This document shows, piece after piece, positions 51,439 through 64,000 of a stretch of 64,000 nucleotides of DNA. The stretch is from Antedon mediterranea (taxonomy: Eukaryota > Animalia > Echinodermata), in assembly GCF_964355755.1 (NCBI RefSeq), contig NC_092676.1, positions 21,780,871 through 21,844,870 of the forward strand, read 5' to 3'. The notes under the pieces are model-generated. The model saw nothing but the letters and a program-made list of their open reading frames with translations, was not told where the DNA came from and ran no database searches. The stretch's first letter is position 1. Each line of letters begins with the position of its first letter. Position numbers and translations under genes: made by a program.

Positions 51439-54400
51439 GTTCTACTATGCACAAGGTCTCAAACAAAAAGAATGTCACGGGCTTGAGTAAGACCCTTATT
51501 GCTGCTGTTACAGCTACTTTGTGTTCAGTTACTGTAGTTTTAGTTGCATTCCTGTATGTAATTGTGAAGAGGCGAACAATTAACAAAGACGGTATTGCAA
51601 ATGTGACATTGCCACCACCGAATAGTGTCAAACTAACAACTGTAAATTCTGGTTAGTAACATGACGTCATGATTCGGAATATTGTAAATCACATTCTCTG
51701 CCTATTAATATATCCTGCTGTTTTTAATTGGTCAGATAATCATGTTTGTCATACACTGACGTATATTTTTGTTTTGCTAATTACATTTTGAGATTAATTA
51801 TAATATTATATGTAATATTAATATTATTCTATAACAGTCTATGATAATTCTATTGAACCATCTGAACACGAGTTTAAAAACTACGAAATTCCAAGGAACC
51901 GAATTGTTGTGCAGTCAAAAGTTGGCAGAGGTGAGTTCGGTAAAGTGATGATGGGACACGTGATTGGTCTGGATGGAAGTGATGAGATGACAGTAGCCAT
52001 TAAAAGTCTTAGAGGTAAGCATGCATTTGACATGTAAGTAAACCCACCTGTATTATAATTATGGTTTCCAAGTTGACTCTTGAATTATATTATCTGAAAA
52101 TGAATATATTCACAAAAATAAATGCCTTACGATTGGTTCCCACTTTGAAGAAACGACATGAGCACAACCAAGTGAGTTGACCAATCACACGCGACAATCC
52201 GGATGATCAATCGCGTCGTGATTCGTCAAATTACTCTGACATGGTTTTGCTGCTACGTTCTAATGGCAAACGAGCTTTATAGTGTATTTCTATTCACAAA
52301 CCACAGTTACTAAATAACCGACTACTTGTTCAAACTGGTTAAATGTAAGTGTAATGTGTTTTTTATATTGTAGTTGGTTAGTTGGATACTTTTATTTTGT
52401 TCTGCTATATTTTTATTGAAGATTATTTGATAAATTATACAGATAATTGTGATCGTAAAGATGACATGCTGGATGAGATTAGGTTGTTGATTGAACTTGG
52501 AAAACATCAAAATATCATCAAACTAGTTGGATGTGTTACAACTTCTCAACCATATTTGGCTCTGTTTGATTTCATGAAGTATGGGAATTTACTGGAGTTT
52601 CTTCGCATGGCTCGCCAGAAGATATGTTATTATGTTATTACTTTCAAAAGAAGTACTACTTTTGTATGTACTTGTTGTTCAAAATGTTGTTGTACAACTC
52701 TTCTTGTGCAAATCTTGTTGTACAACTCTTATTGTACGATAACCTAATGTTTGGCAAATACTTATCAAGAGAAAAATCTATGTTTATGTATTGGTAAAGT
52801 AACAAAAGCTTATTAAAGGTTATACGTCGTGTCTTGAAAGTAGAATACCTTAATTTCGTTCAGTTTATGAGCCCTTAAATTGATTGTTCTTACACTGTCG
52901 TCATACGTATCATTGTTTAATAATCTGTATAATACTGTTTGGTCATTGTGTGTGTAGGTCAGAGATGGGGCTAAACTAGAAGACCAAATATATGATCTGT
53001 CTCTTGTCGATCAGTTAAACATGTCAAGGCAGATAGCAAACGGAATGGTAATCATGAAATTTTTTTAATATAATATTGATTATTGAAAGTATTATTTACT
53101 TTAAAACTATACCCATTTTTAGAACTGTTGTAAATAAAATAAGGTTCAGTGAGTGAAGAAAAAATGGTTTGCTATCATTACCTACGCAATCATCAACACA
53201 TTATATTTTTTTAAAAATTCCCATTATTATCATTCTATCTGTGTTCCATATTTCTTTTTAAAAATAGTGATTTTCACAGCTATAGGTTCCAACACATGCT
53301 ATGCTGCTTGGAAGATAATACATAAAAAGAAAATCTGCTGAAATTATTGGTTACAGATTTGCTATATATTTAAAAAATTATTATTTCCAAAGTGAAATAC
53401 AATATCACGTTTTCTAAAACTTTTCAATTTAATTTTTATTGAAAACAAATGTTTGTTTGTGTTTAGCTGTTTGTATCTTCTTTGAGGTATTACCATGGTG
53501 ATTTAGCAGCAAGGAATGTCCTTGTTGGTGAAAACTTGACAATGAAGATTTGTGATTTTGGTTTAGCCGCTGATATATACCAAACGGGATACAATCGCAT
53601 GACACCGGAGCAAAAGCGGCCAATCAAATGGTCCAGCTTAGAAACTTTATTAGAAGGAGTGTGTACAATTAAAAGTGATGTGTAAGTAAATAACACAACA
53701 TTCTTTAGCAAATTCATTGTAAAGTAAGTTTATGTGCATGCATAATAAGTGAGAGTTTCGTGAGGTGGTTTCCCGAATGATCGTAAAATCAAAACGGTAC
53801 TGTGTATGACCAACTAGCGTTATTGTCACCGACTAGTCATCCATTCATAGAAGTACTGATGTAGTAGCCTACCTGTACGGTGACCATAGAATGTGACCTG
53901 AGGCATGACTAACTTTGACTTTTAGTTGATAGAAGATTGAAAAAATTGTTAAGAAGAGTTGTACTGTATGTGGATGTTTAATGAAATTATGTCAAAAATT
54001 TTTACACACTATATGCATATAAATAGTAATGTTTGTTAGTAAAAATAATTTTGAGTTAATAAGAATAAGATATAAGGAAGAAAAGCAAAGAGACTATAGA
54101 GCGGCTATTCCTGAATATACAATATACTAAGTATCGTAGATTTAAATTATACATTTTAGGCGATCTTGTCAAAGGTCATGCGCCATATAGCCTGCTACGT
54201 TTCGATATTCAATATTGATTATTAATTATTATTACAGTATTATTATTAATAATACTATTATCATACAATACTTGTGCAATGATAATAGAAAATGTTGACT
54301 TGTATCTTTAAAAATCTTAATTATTTATGTATTATTTATACAGCGAAAAGTGGGTGTGTAATACAAATAACATAAAAAAATACTAAAAAATAGAACAAAA

Positions 54401-55332
54401 TAAATTTTATTTACATTTATTCTAGAACAGGGTTGATTATTTTGTATTTGTAAACTTGTTTCAATCGATTAATCATTCATTTACATTTTCTGCAGGTGGT
54501 CATACGGAGTTGTTCTTTACGAAGTGTTTACACTTGGCGCTGTTCCTTATCCACGTATTGATACAGAGACACTTCTTAATAACCTGAAGGCAGGAAAACG
54601 ACTACCAAAACCAGAACACTGTCTTGAAGAAGTGTAAGTTCTTTCAGTTTATCGTTATTTTTATTCTAAAAGAAGAACCTTTAAATGTACTTTCAAATAT
54701 AAGTTTCAATTAGTTTGAACGCTCTGTCCCTAAATCTAAGATAGTATCAACAATCTCAGTTAGTTACTAAAGGGTTTGCTACTGCAATAAGTAAAGTACT
54801 AATAATTCAAAATTACTATTTCATAAGAATATCCGCTTCCTCTCTTCAATGACTTGTTTCTGTTGTGCCTTGTTTTTTTCCTTTCTATTTAAAGGTGGTG
54901 CAACATATCTTCTCTATCCATTTGCTATATTTATTTCTTTTTAATTTTATTTATTTTTAATAAAAAAAAATTAAGATGAATTGTGTAAAAAGTGGAAGTT
55001 GCAACACTTTAAATGAAATATTTGTATGTAGGCCTAAACAATGTTAGCCCAAAATTTGATGATTTTTTCGTTAAACTATTGAAATAATACATAAATCATT
55101 TAGTCGTTTTAGTCATGTAGAAACATGTCGAGTGCATTTCTTCAGAAACTCTTTTGTATTTTTCAGCTACCGACTTATGCTTCGATGCTGGTTGAAAAAT
55201 CCAATTGAGCGTCCAAACTTCGATAACATAGTTGAAGAATTTACTGAATTTTTGGAAAAACATAGCAATTCGCAGTATATAGAGCCTGTTTCTATAGAAT
55301 ATGAAAATCTTTCATCTCATAGAAAAAAATAA
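51439..55332 (+). CDS. Gene B transmembrane and tyrosine kinase exons
   Basis: TM LIAAVTATLCSVTVVLVAFLYVIV followed by KRR; VGRGEFGKV, VAIK, DEIRLL, HGDLAARNVL, KICDFGLA, KSDVWSYGVVLYE, CWLKNPIERPNF; stop at 55330-55332. Confidence 0.88.
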
Positions 55333-56774
55333 TATAGATACAATTATGAATTCGTTTTATGTAAGTGCCAACTGTATGTTTTTAATATATTATTCTCGAT
55401 TATTTTAACACGGATTGTAATTAGGTTCCGCACCTTAATTCAGAAATAATTATTAGCTACCGCACTGTATATATTTGTACACTCCGACTAGGAACCTATG
55501 GCTCTTTTGTTGAATCAACGTCGATATATTGTCGAATGAAATATTGACAAGTTTGTCCTGCAACCCGTCAGCAAAATTGCGTTTGACAAAATGTTCCGCC
55601 ACGATTACTAGTGTGGAGATTTCCATTAATCAATTTTGAAAATATTTTTTGTCAAAATATAAAATAACTATTTACGATACTTTTTATTTATTATATTATT
55701 ATTTAATATTATTTATTATTATATTATTATTATCACATTTGTGGTGTCATAAAAAGGTAATTAGCCTACTAAAAATAAGGCAGCAACAATTGACAATATT
55801 GAAAGAAGGTAACAAAGTGATCCAAGCACTACGCCTGCGATTGACCACCGTCTTGATGACTTTGCTGAAAGACGAGCACCTTGTAAATCACCATTATCAA
55901 ATCGTGATCTTACCTGAAAATATGAAAAATAATCATATTAACAGTTTTTTTAAAGGTATAAATGATAATTGTTATTAATGATAATATAAATACTAAAATA
56001 TTATAAAAAAAATAATATTATATTTCTGGTTTCTGCCCTAACACACATACAAAATAATGCATATAACAACAAGACGGTTAGGGTATGTAACGTAACGCAT
56101 ATTGTCCACTAGATTCGGTGAGGCGAATAATTTCCCACGAATAAAAAATCCTGATTTTTTATTGGTTTTATTTGTATGTTTATGATTTTGTGAATGGAAA
56201 TAAAGAAACAAACAAAGAATTTTTCACGTCACAAAAAAGTAGGTGAAAATATTAATGCGCACGCGTGGTCACCGTTTTATATTCGCACGAACAAATTCGC
56301 CTAGTGCAAAGCCGACTTAAAATCAGCACAAACCTGCGATGATCTGATAATCGCAATTAGTCCAAGTGGTAAGCAACAGCATATTGTAACGATGATAGCA
56401 TACGACATGTAGTCATTGGGTTGTACGTGAATTTCACGAATCATTACCATCTCACCAGGACCACTCTATAAAAGAAACAATGTGAGATTCAAATGTCTCG
56501 GCTTGGAAAAATAAATCAATTATCTGCAGGTTAGAAAAGCGTAGCCAAACCATAGAGGGCACTATGTTATATATTTAAACAACCAAACAAAGAGAGCGCT
56601 TTTTAATAATGCCGACGTTTATGTAGGCCTATTAGTTATGGAATTTAATAGTGATTAAAGATAAATATCACTCAAATCCGTATAGATACACGCCGCAAAT
56701 TTAACCACATCTTTATCACTATGGGCATTTTCGTATAGTATACAAATAGGGCTATAACATGAAACAATGTTTAA

Positions 56775-57312
56775 AGATGTATTGTCTCTTAAAACACAAA
56801 AAACGAAGGTCTAAATATTCTAAATTTAAATTGGCCATATCAAAGTAATATTAAAGTTATTCACTTTAAGTCAAAAATTGTAGCCAAAAACAACAAGTTT
56901 ACGTAATTAACAGCTAAATTAATTTGATTACATTTCGTCTGGAAAATCGTCGCGAGAAAGTAAACAAAGATTTTAAACCACGAGTATGCATTATGCATGA
57001 TGCTAATTAGGATTGTTTACAACTCTTCACGTTTGAGAAGGTGTTTTCACACAGATCGCGACGAAGTTTATGATTATGCATACAGAGTAGCCAAAAAAAG
57101 CCTGTTGCATTATGAGATATGTTTTGACCGAAAACTTTGACTGGAAGTCAAAGTTTTTTTTTTTTTTTATAAAAAACGTCTGTATTTCGATTTTTTTCGA
57201 CTAGTTTTTGGTAAAAGTTAATAACTATTATGATACTTCAAAATGACCCACTTTTTTTTCGAAATATTTATTTTTTTATTTTTTTTTGAATTAGTAAAGG
57301 GACAATAACTCT
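56775..57312. mobile_element. TTAA-target MITE (Kolobok-like), diverged
   Basis: TTAA|AGATGTATTGTCTC ... GGGACAATAACTCT|TTAA, an imperfect TIR. Confidence 0.6.
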
Positions 57313-59399
57313 TTAATGTTAGTCACTGATAGGCTTTAATACTGCAATTACTTTAACAAGGTAGGCGATGACTTGTGTAAGTGTGACAGTAAAGACGTTT
57401 TCTTTCTTACGACTCTGTACTGCGTCCCGGCGTGCACTTACACTTACACTACGTACGAATGTGTTTTTATAACAATAATAATTACCTTCATATGATCATT
57501 ATAGATAACCTTCTCTTCGGCGATATCATATTTCACACCATTGGTTGGCGTTGAATCTACAATTTAAAATATAATTTATTTATTTACGTCCTTACATGAT
57601 ACGTACGGTAGGCCTACTGGTTTAGAAGTGGTTCACTATGCAGACAGCAAACAACATAATTACACACACAATTGTAATACCATAACATTAATAATTATAA
57701 AGTTCAGATTTTTCGATATTTTATTAAACGGGTGAATGGCTAGAAGCAATTTTAAAGAGAAAAAAAACCCGTCAGTGATAAGAATATCGTCGGCCAAATA
57801 ATAAGCCATGTTTTTTAAAGAAATGAGGAAAAAAATATAAATTACGTATATATTACAAACGTAGATGTAATTTAAATTTGACAAGGAGAAGATATTACTA
57901 TAAAAACTATTACTAGAGGTTCATGCAAATATTATGAATTTAGAAATTATTTCGCTATAGTTTATAATAACAGCATGTGACGTAATAAATCATACAAATA
58001 ATGTAAACTTACCAACGTTTGAATGCATGACGATAAACAAAATGAATTAATTATGACGTCATCCGTTAACGTTAATGATTACGTCTTCCTTCGAACCGTC
58101 CCGATGTAATTAACGCTAATTATTAAGTTTATTATTAATTCAAAAAACCAACATTATTGTTAACCGATGTTTTACTATAGTGATGAAGAGATTTAAACGC
58201 CGACGAATCGCGTTCAGCGCATGACTCAACAAATAATGCTCATGGCACATTCCACAGCCGTTTATAACTATAATTAATTTCAGCCATAGTCATCAAGTTC
58301 TATTTATGCCCTGGTATGTGGCATAAACAAATAGGCCTAGCAATGGGACACCAGGAAGGACATTTTAATATTATTAATAAATAATTAATGTTCAAATTTT
58401 TATATCAAGCAATATCACCATAAAACAAATCTTTGCGCGATCACTGTTATAAAAAGGGCTTCCATTTATTTATTTCCAATATGCAACGATGTTAACACTT
58501 ATTGGCCTTAAAAATAACGTTTAGGCCAAAAGCTTCTTTTGGTTTTTGGTTGAGTGTTGTTGAAGCCTGGACTGCTACTGTGGGCCTTCTACTTTTACTG
58601 TAATTCTGTGTATAATATGTAATAATAGACCTGCATGTCACAGCCTAAATTCACGCGGGTATAATTAATATACTGTACTCAGTTATATGTAGACACTACA
58701 ATACAACTGGCAATAAGTGTTGCCTTATTTGGAGTTATGCAGCGTGATATTGTCATGCGTATTGGTGTAGGTGATTATGAAACGCCAACGAGCAGCGATA
58801 GATTGCATTAGTTTTGTGATAATCAAATTGCAACATGCAATATAAAACATAGAATAATTCAACGTTATGACTTCAGAATGACCTATGGAAAAGAATAACA
58901 ATTCGAAGAAAAACAATGTATCCTAAAAACACTGGGGCCTACTACAAGATTCAGAAAAAATGTTATAACAAATATTGACTTTTCAAAAAATTGAGGTGAA
59001 ATGCGCCAAAAAAATACTATTTATGATTATATGTGCATGCCAAATTATTAATAATAATAATAATAATAATTAATAATAGTAGAGGGAATTTTTCGAAAAA
59101 ATTCCAAAATATCGACCTTTCAAAATATTGAGGTAATATGCGCAGAACACATTATTTATGTAAAGAAAATAATTGAAATCTGGCAATTTTCGAAAATTTC
59201 TCTGTACATGGATTTTGTCAAAATATTGAGGTAACATGCGCAGAACACATTATTTATGTCTGCGCATGCTAAATTATGATATAGTAACCAGATACAGTAT
59301 ATCAAAAAAAATTAAAGGGGCGACATTATTTAATATCCATTTCAATATTAATATGCGCATATATTGTGTTATCATCATCTTATAGAGCCAGAATACCTA

Positions 59400-60660
59400 G
59401 TTACGTCAAAAAATAAAAGGGTCGAAATTTGACCATTTTTCGAAAATTTCCCTTTACTATAATACAGGGATTTTTTAAAAAATGACCAAAATATACACTT
59501 TTTAAAATTTAATAATTATGCGATAATAATGCTATATATGCTCATATATTGTGTTACCATCATCTTATATAGCCATAGTAACTAATTACAGTACGTCAAA
59601 AAATAAAAGGATATAAATTGGTTCTGAGGCGAATAATGGGTTCTGCGCATGTCAATTGTGATATAGTAACCAGTTTTATCGAAAAATTTAAATAAACATA
59701 ACCATATTTGACATAAATGGTTACTATAGCACAATTGACATGCGCAGAACCCATTATTCGACTATGCGCATGTCTTTATGCTTTTTTTTGTCTTGTGTGA
59801 GTTCATCTCACGTTTATTTAAATTCTCATTGGCGAATATATTATATACATATAAGTACATTTGTGACAATTAAAAGTAAGTGTTTAAAGTAGTTAAAATA
59901 CAGGTATATTTACATAATAAGATGCTTGAATTCAGTATTAACCATATTTGTTTTCATTAACCTTTTAGATATGATGTTAATTAAAATGTCAAGATTATTT
60001 GTGATCTTATTTGTGTTCGAGTAGAGAGGCTATAAACTCAGGGGAGGAAAATGTAGTATCCTCCCTTTTCACCAAGATAAAAAGGATGAAATGAAAAAGA
60101 GGGATGCAAAAGTTTGAAAGTTATGCTATAGTAACCATTTATGTCAAAAGTGGTTACTTTTGACATAAATGGTTACTATTGCATAATAAACATGCGCAGA
60201 GTCGAATAATGGGTTCTGCCCATGTCAGTTGTGCTATCATAACCATATTTGACATAAATGGTTACTATAGCACAATTGACATGCGCAGAACCCATTATTA
60301 GACTCTGCGCATGTCTATAATGCTATAGTAACCATTTATGTCAAAAGTGGTTTCTTTTGACATAAATGGTTACTATAGCATAATAAACATACGCAGAGAC
60401 GACTAATGGGTTCTGCGCATGTTAATTGTGCTATAGTAACCAGTTTTATCAGAAAATAAAAAGTTCGAAAATTTGCCAATTTTTGAAAAAATCCCTGTAC
60501 TATAGTACAGGGAAATTTTTGAAAAATGGCCGATTTCCGACCCTTTTATTTTTTGACGTAAATGTTACTATTGCACAATAAACATGCGCAGAGACGAATA
60601 ATGGGTTCTGCGCATATCAATTGTGCTATAGTAACCATTTATGTCAAATATGGTTATGTT
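59400..60660. repeat. Fold-back region of alternating direct and inverted ~60-bp units
   Basis: TTTGACATAAATGGTTACTATAGCA...CATGCGCAGA and its reverse complement alternate; flanking arms ~59400-59480 and ~60480-60561 are inverted copies. Confidence 0.75.
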
Positions 60661-63004
60661 TATTTAAATTCCTGTACTATAGTACAGTTCGCATGTTGAA
60701 TTATGATAATTATATTAACCAGATATGCCAAAAAAGGCGTTGAAATTTGACCATTTTCTGTAAAAATCAAAATATTTATATAGTAATGAGAAATAAAAGA
60801 GTAGTATTGGCCATTTTTCAACAATATTTCTATAAAATATTTGGCAGTTGAAATGGTGGATTGCATTCATTTTGTATTTCTAACAATTTATTATGTCGAA
60901 CTTCAAAAGACAGACAAGAACACGAGACATAACTACATTTCTACTGTATTTGTAAAAAAGGCATAATATCAAATACATAAGACTTAATACACTAATTTGA
61001 ATACAATTGACTGGTTACAATTTCCTATATTGGGATACTAATACATTACTATAATATTTCAAACTTTATTTTGATTCTTTCCCTTAAAAATTATAACATT
61101 TTGCTGACATAGTCTAATAATAAACGGAATCTACAGTTAATTTGGTCTAAAGAAATGCATAGATTAGATATTGAGTTTGATTAATACTGTAAATAGAACT
61201 TAACTAGTATCCTACACTACTGCATGGTTAAATAAAAATTGTGCCCCAATGCAAAGGCTTCCAAATCGCAAGAATAGTTACAATTATTTTTTTACGGTAT
61301 ATCTTAAGTCGTTTATTGTGGATTTAATCACAAAAGTGTGGTAATTACGTCTATTTTTACATTCCACAGATTTTTGGCAAAACCAATATTGGCTGACCAA
61401 TGGGGAATGCTTTACATAACATCATTCTTTCTTTTCTTGTTTTCACTATTGCATCCGTGTATTCACTCTCCATAGTTTGCGTGTGGATAATACACACACT
61501 TATAAGAAAGTGCTCTATTCCTTCTGCTGAGCTGGTGTTGTCCACTTAAGATGTACACATAGTAAACAATTTCAGGTCATTACTGGGCATAATTAGGGGG
61601 TGAACATCCACTAGAATGTTCTCAAAAGATTTGTGTGATTTACGTAAGCTACCTACATTTTAATAAAAACATCTGGAACTGCAGAAAATGCACACTTTTG
61701 GTAAATACCAACACAGCTTAACAGTTGACGTACGAAGTCGGGCAAGGAGCATAAATGCGCCTCCTCAATCTATATTTGATAGCTTCACTGATTATCACTG
61801 CCATATCTCTTCATAATATAGTGCAGTTTAAAACAATATCAATAAAAAAAAACCAATATTGTTTAAAGGTTAGATTATGGACATAATCTAAAGAGCAATG
61901 AATATCAATAATTTAACAATAATATTGATACACACTGTAGACAAGTACAAGGCTAGTATTTTAAACATAAATATATCAATCTAAAACACCTTCTATGTGG
62001 ATATATTCACGTTACAACATAATAGGCCTTGCTCATTGTACTAATCTATAGTAGGCATACTATTATAATAATATTTATTCGGTCACCAAGGAAAAATAAC
62101 CAGGAGTGAGAATAGGTTAAAGACCAAACAGATTCTGGATTCAATCCATACAATACATATTGTTTCCCATCTAATTATATGTTCAACATATATTGCCTAT
62201 ATTATAAAATCATTAATTGTTTAATACTACTGTACTTTTTGTTGTTTTATTTATTGTTAAATGCATGTATATGCTGCATTTAACAATACACAGTTAGTAT
62301 GTTAGTTGTTTGAATATAAAGTTTCATCGATGATTGATTATTATATTTTTATTCGGTTGCTTCATGTACAAATAAATAAATATTTTAACATTAATATTCT
62401 TATATTATAATCCCATTAAAAACTATTGCACACGCCCAACACATCAGCCTATTAATCTACAGTGATTGAGATCATTATCACAGTACCACACATTTTAAAT
62501 GACAACACAACACATTTGCAGTCGGACAAATAACAATGTAGTAGATTTTTTATTAAAAATGTAACATTTAGACAGCTATATATCTAAATGTTTACGTTTA
62601 TCAGGCAATACAAGAGATTATATATACACACCCACACTGATATTGAACATTGTCTATTTTCATTTTTCAGTATAAATGAAATTCAAAATATATGATAATG
62701 TTTAATCTTTAGTTGGAATGATTAATAGAAATTAATATTCTCACAATAATCAGTCTCTAGAGAATAATGAACAATAATTATTATGATATATGATATGTTA
62801 TTGTTAATGATTTGCTAATGCCCAATACATGTTTATTGCAATGCCTATAACAATCATGCACTTTGTAGGCAGTATCCATTCTCTTCCTTATAATACTGTT
62901 TTTTTATAACTGTGTGACACAGGAGGGTAATGATGCTATTCCTTCTATGGACTTTATTGAATATATTGCATGGCTGCAATGTGCTTATTTTATTTCACAC
63001 TTCA

Positions 63005-63365
63005 TTTGCCAGGCTGCAGTGAGTCTATTGTATTTCCAGCATACAAAACACACTCCACATTACCTGTGTGCAAGTCTGCAGCGAGTTGCATTGAATTTCT
63101 AACATATAAAAACAAACTGCATTACCTATATGAAAGGCTGCAATGAGTCTATTGTGTTTACAGCATACAAAACCCTCATACATTATTGCAAGGCTACAGT
63201 GAGTCTATTGTATTTCTAGCATACACAAATACACTGCATTTTCTATTTGTATGGTTGCTGTGTGTCTATTAATTAATTCTAGCCTATAACCACACTACAC
63301 CTATATGCAAGGCTGCAGTAAGTCTATTGTATTTCCAGCATACACAAACACACTCCAGTACCTAT
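63005..63365. repeat. Degenerate ~60-bp tandem repeat (~6 copies)
   Basis: GCAAGGCTGCAGTGAGTCTATTGTATTTCCAGCATACA(A/C)AA recurs. Confidence 0.75.
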
Positions 63366-64000
63366 ATTTCTCTGTGTTAATCTGAGACTAGTTCCAATAG
63401 GTAAAAATAAAAATTATATTTAACTTAACTTTTGTCTCTAAGAACTTTCTGTCTTCTTCATCTTCTCTTTTGCTTTCTTGTGGTATCGACAAATATCCCC
63501 AATACTCTCAGTGAATTTAAAGTAGTTGTATTTGATGTCAAATTCCATATCATACCAGTAGTTTACTACAAAATGGCGAAAATAATTTGTAATAACATAC
63601 TTAGTAACTTAATTGCTTTTATTGTATGTTTCTTGTATGTTTCTTGTCATTGGATTAAAGGTGCAGAAAAGCCCAGATGGTGGAGCATTAAAATGCAACC
63701 TTTCTGCACATTAACGAACTTCATAGTAAGGATAGGAGAGCTGCCAGAGCACTCTATATCAGCTAAGTACCTTAGGAAAAGTTGGTTCCCAAATGATCAC
63801 GATTTATTCAGCTGTACCTGTATTTAAGTGTATTTACACATATTTACAAGGGTGTTGATTTGCTTTGAAAGTTAGGGGGATTCTGGCAATCAAGAGAAAA
63901 AATATTTAAAAAAAAAAGGATCACAAAAACTGCACAAAAAAAGGTCTAGGGTTAATTGAATGATGAATGGTTTATTATACATAAGTAGCTTAATTTTAAA

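Larger units (their letters stand above)
39460..55332 (+). pseudogene. Gene B: tandem paralogue, signal peptide-GH18 (inactive)-SRCR-TM-non-RD Tyr kinase (~890 aa when reconstructed); this copy is disrupted by a transposon in the SRCR exon
   Basis: Exons 39460-39532, 39737-40185 (GC donor), 40675-40796, 41094-41211, 41427-41612, 41951-42067, 42268-42400, 44381-44607+51071-51152 (split), 51439-51651, 51838-52014, 52443-52618 (donor GT missing), 52958-53047, 53467-53681, 54496-54633, 55167-55332. Most exon lengths equal gene A's, and there are no internal stops apart from the insertion. Confidence 0.8.

Noticed and set aside
63430-63820. Minus-strand exon-like segment (..VLWQLSYPYYEVR..) faintly reminiscent of a Mab-21/cGAS-like motif
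   Set aside because: Several in-frame stops, and the similarity is too weak to support without a profile search.

Overview
AT-rich, intron-rich animal genomic DNA; it looks like a marine invertebrate, possibly an echinoderm (inference only). The window holds the 3' nine exons of an FNBP4 orthologue (1-7184, +), a transposon/repeat-rich spacer, and two tandem paralogous receptor tyrosine kinase genes on the + strand with an unusual ectodomain. Gene A (23138-38328, 22 coding exons, all splice phases consistent, ~1291 aa by my exon arithmetic) reads: signal peptide - catalytically dead GH18 chitinase-like domain - SRCR - SRCR - C-type lectin (EPN) - C-type lectin (QPN) - TM - non-RD (HGDLAARN) FGFR/RET-like Tyr kinase. 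Gene B (39460-55332) reads: signal peptide - dead GH18 - one SRCR - TM - the same kinase. Its SRCR exon is split by a 6.46-kb EnSpm/CMC-type non-autonomous transposon (which itself carries nested elements), and it has two atypical splice donors. The candidate novel system is a chitin/glycan-sensing pattern-recognition RTK family, an animal analogue of plant chitinase-related receptor kinases. Also present: head-to-tail Helitron-like elements with covarying 3' hairpins, several MITEs with readable TIRs/TSDs, an L2/CR1-type LINE fragment, a tRNA-derived SINE, minisatellites and a decayed mucin-like repeat. No database searches were run; all calls come from reading the sequence.
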